Assembly: GCA_000320545.1 (NCBI GenBank)
Contig: ADNK01000750.1
Coordinates: 1-51,845 of the forward strand
Length of the DNA stretch: 51,845 bases
Direction: 5' to 3'
Source: Bigelowiella natans CCMP2755
Taxonomy: Eukaryota > Protista > Cercozoa
The first letter of the stretch is position 1, and the number at the start of each line of letters is the position of its first letter. Shown piece after piece: positions 50,511-51,845 of this stretch. Both the position numbers and the translations under genes were made by a program. The notes below the pieces were generated by a model, which ran no database searches, had not been told where the DNA came from, and saw only the letters and a list, made by a program, of their open reading frames with translations.

Positions 50511-51505
50511 CAAGGTTTAAAGGAAAGTAATACGTCATGGAACTGGCACGTGCTGCCTCCAGGAGATCACAGAATAGAAGCAACTAAAGGAGTTGTGGAC
50601 AAATCTCTCGAGGTAGTAGCGTTGATGTTGTAGGGTTAGTGGTAGAAGAAGAAGAAGAAGAAGAAGAAGAAGAAGAAGAAGGAGAAGAAGAAGAAGGAGA
50701 ACGTTATCATCATTGATTCAAAATACAATGATGGGTAGTATTAGTATTAGATGGCTATTGTGATGATTGATGATAAACCCATCTTCTTACATTAGAGGGC
50801 TGTTGTGATGATTGATGATGAACACATCTTCTTACATGAGAGGGGGGACATCAAAATGAGGGAAAGAAGAAGCGAAAACGACAAATCATCAATGAAGAAC
50901 TCCTCCTCCTCCTCCTCCTCCTCCTCCCACAATTTAATGCATGCACCTCACTGATCATCACCGGTTGGTTGGTTGGTTGGTTGGTTGGTTTGTTGGTTGG
51001 TTTGTTGGTTGGTTTGTTGCTGGGGTTATTATAGGACCTACCTACCTATCCCATTATCATCACTCACTCACTCACTCATCATCATCTATGATTTTAGAAC
51101 GCAATCCATATGACCTTTGAGGAGAATATAAGTTTGGCAAAGACGAAGAAGCAGGTATGCTCTCGTAGTTGCTCTCACACCGACCGATCCACACCACACC
51201 ACACTACACCCACTAGTTACTACTAATTGCTACACCACACCACACCACACCCACTAGTTACTAATTGCTGCTGCTGCTACTGTGTGTGAAAGGAGGTGAC
51301 TTAGGTGTGAGTAAACAGCAGAGCAGATTTTTATTTTGGTGATGATTGATGGAAAGTAGTAGCAGTAGGAGTGGTAGAGTGGTAGTGGTGGTTTTGATAA
51401 TCTTTGTTCTATATGTTGTTGATGTTACAGAGGATCTTAGCACGTAGGCAAGCAATACGGTAATTATGCTTATTCATGTTATTACTCATACTCATACTCA
51501 TAATA

Positions 51506-51544
<39 letters not shown>

Positions 51545-51572
51545 GTATAATGATAACCCTTAGTAAGTAGAG

Positions 51573-51604
<32 letters not shown>

Positions 51605-51845
51605 ATGTATTTTCTGATTTTCTTTTCATCGATCATCTGTTGTCTGTTTTTCTCCTTTTCATCCACCATTATCCATTTAGCACTCATCATCATCATCATC
51701 ATCATCATTATCACCATCATCATCGTCTTTATGCATCTTCTCAAGTAACACACCATCAATCTCCATTGGACAGGTTTTACAGGGTATCTGAGGTTTCTTG
51801 TGAGTTTGGAAGAACACGTAGACAGGTTCCTCATGTAGTGTTATC
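47265..51845 (+). CDS. RING-HC (C3HC4) E3 ubiquitin ligase candidate; 3'-incomplete, may start upstream (~46640)
   Basis: Spliced CPICFETM|AYPIKTPCGHIFCLSCMKDMAKRPKFYKCPTC (47455-47685); further AG/GT exons such as RILAKHQLENGLRPLRNT, LIFGDTNVDIPDEKIKEFET and NAIHMTFEENISLAKTKKQ. Confidence 0.75.
48565..48735 (+). repeat. Three tandem 55-58-bp copies containing a splice donor
   Basis: cacg|gtcagtttcaattaatataaacatcatatatgttgagaaaacatagttcaa at 48565, 48623 and 48678. Confidence 0.95.
50753..50842. repeat. 45-bp tandem duplication (intronic)
   Basis: ggctattgtgatgattgatgataaacccatcttcttacattagag versus ggctgttgtgatgattgatgatgaacacatcttcttacatgagag. Confidence 0.9.

Noticed and set aside
50963-51015. 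(GGTT)n run as a telomeric repeat
   Set aside because: Short, intronic and internal; one of many SSR types in the window.
518-51834. Dozens of ORFs with poly-Y, S, H, D, L, YI, CV or RE runs
   Set aside because: They are translations of intronic microsatellites; the real exons are the short AG/GT-bounded islands between them.

Overview
Eukaryotic nuclear DNA from an intron-rich protist. A chlorarachniophyte-like alga is inferred from a nucleus-encoded, green-type tandem EF-Ts with a signal-peptide plus transit-peptide presequence. Recognisable genes, reconstructed by eye from GT-AG exons: ABCG half-transporter (+), ADAM metalloprotease with a C-terminal WW domain (-), CDC50/LEM3 (+), a basic SP-rich protein (+), a probable GT-A glycosyltransferase (-), an intronless profilin (+), plastid EF-Ts (-) and a RING-HC E3 ligase (+), plus unidentified multi-exon genes. 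Most introns are patchworks of microsatellites, which produce most of the low-complexity ORFs in the track. Mobile DNA: two tandem 5'-truncated LINE ends (19.85-21.47 kb) and a truncated Ty1/Copia LTR+gag (36.73-38.48 kb). The strongest signal is three sharply bounded 1-2 kb tracts almost free of the dinucleotide TA: 25 TA in about 4.2 kb by manual count, versus 3-4 per 60 nt in neighbouring exons. Conserved Tyr codons there have become Cys or His, and 15 of the 25 surviving TAs lie in CTAG. This points to a regional, double-stranded TpA->TpG/CpA (A:T->G:C) hypermutation, the opposite polarity to fungal RIP. It hits both retroelements and one stretch of a host gene. I know of no established mechanism for it. 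Exon boundaries of the unidentified genes are approximate.
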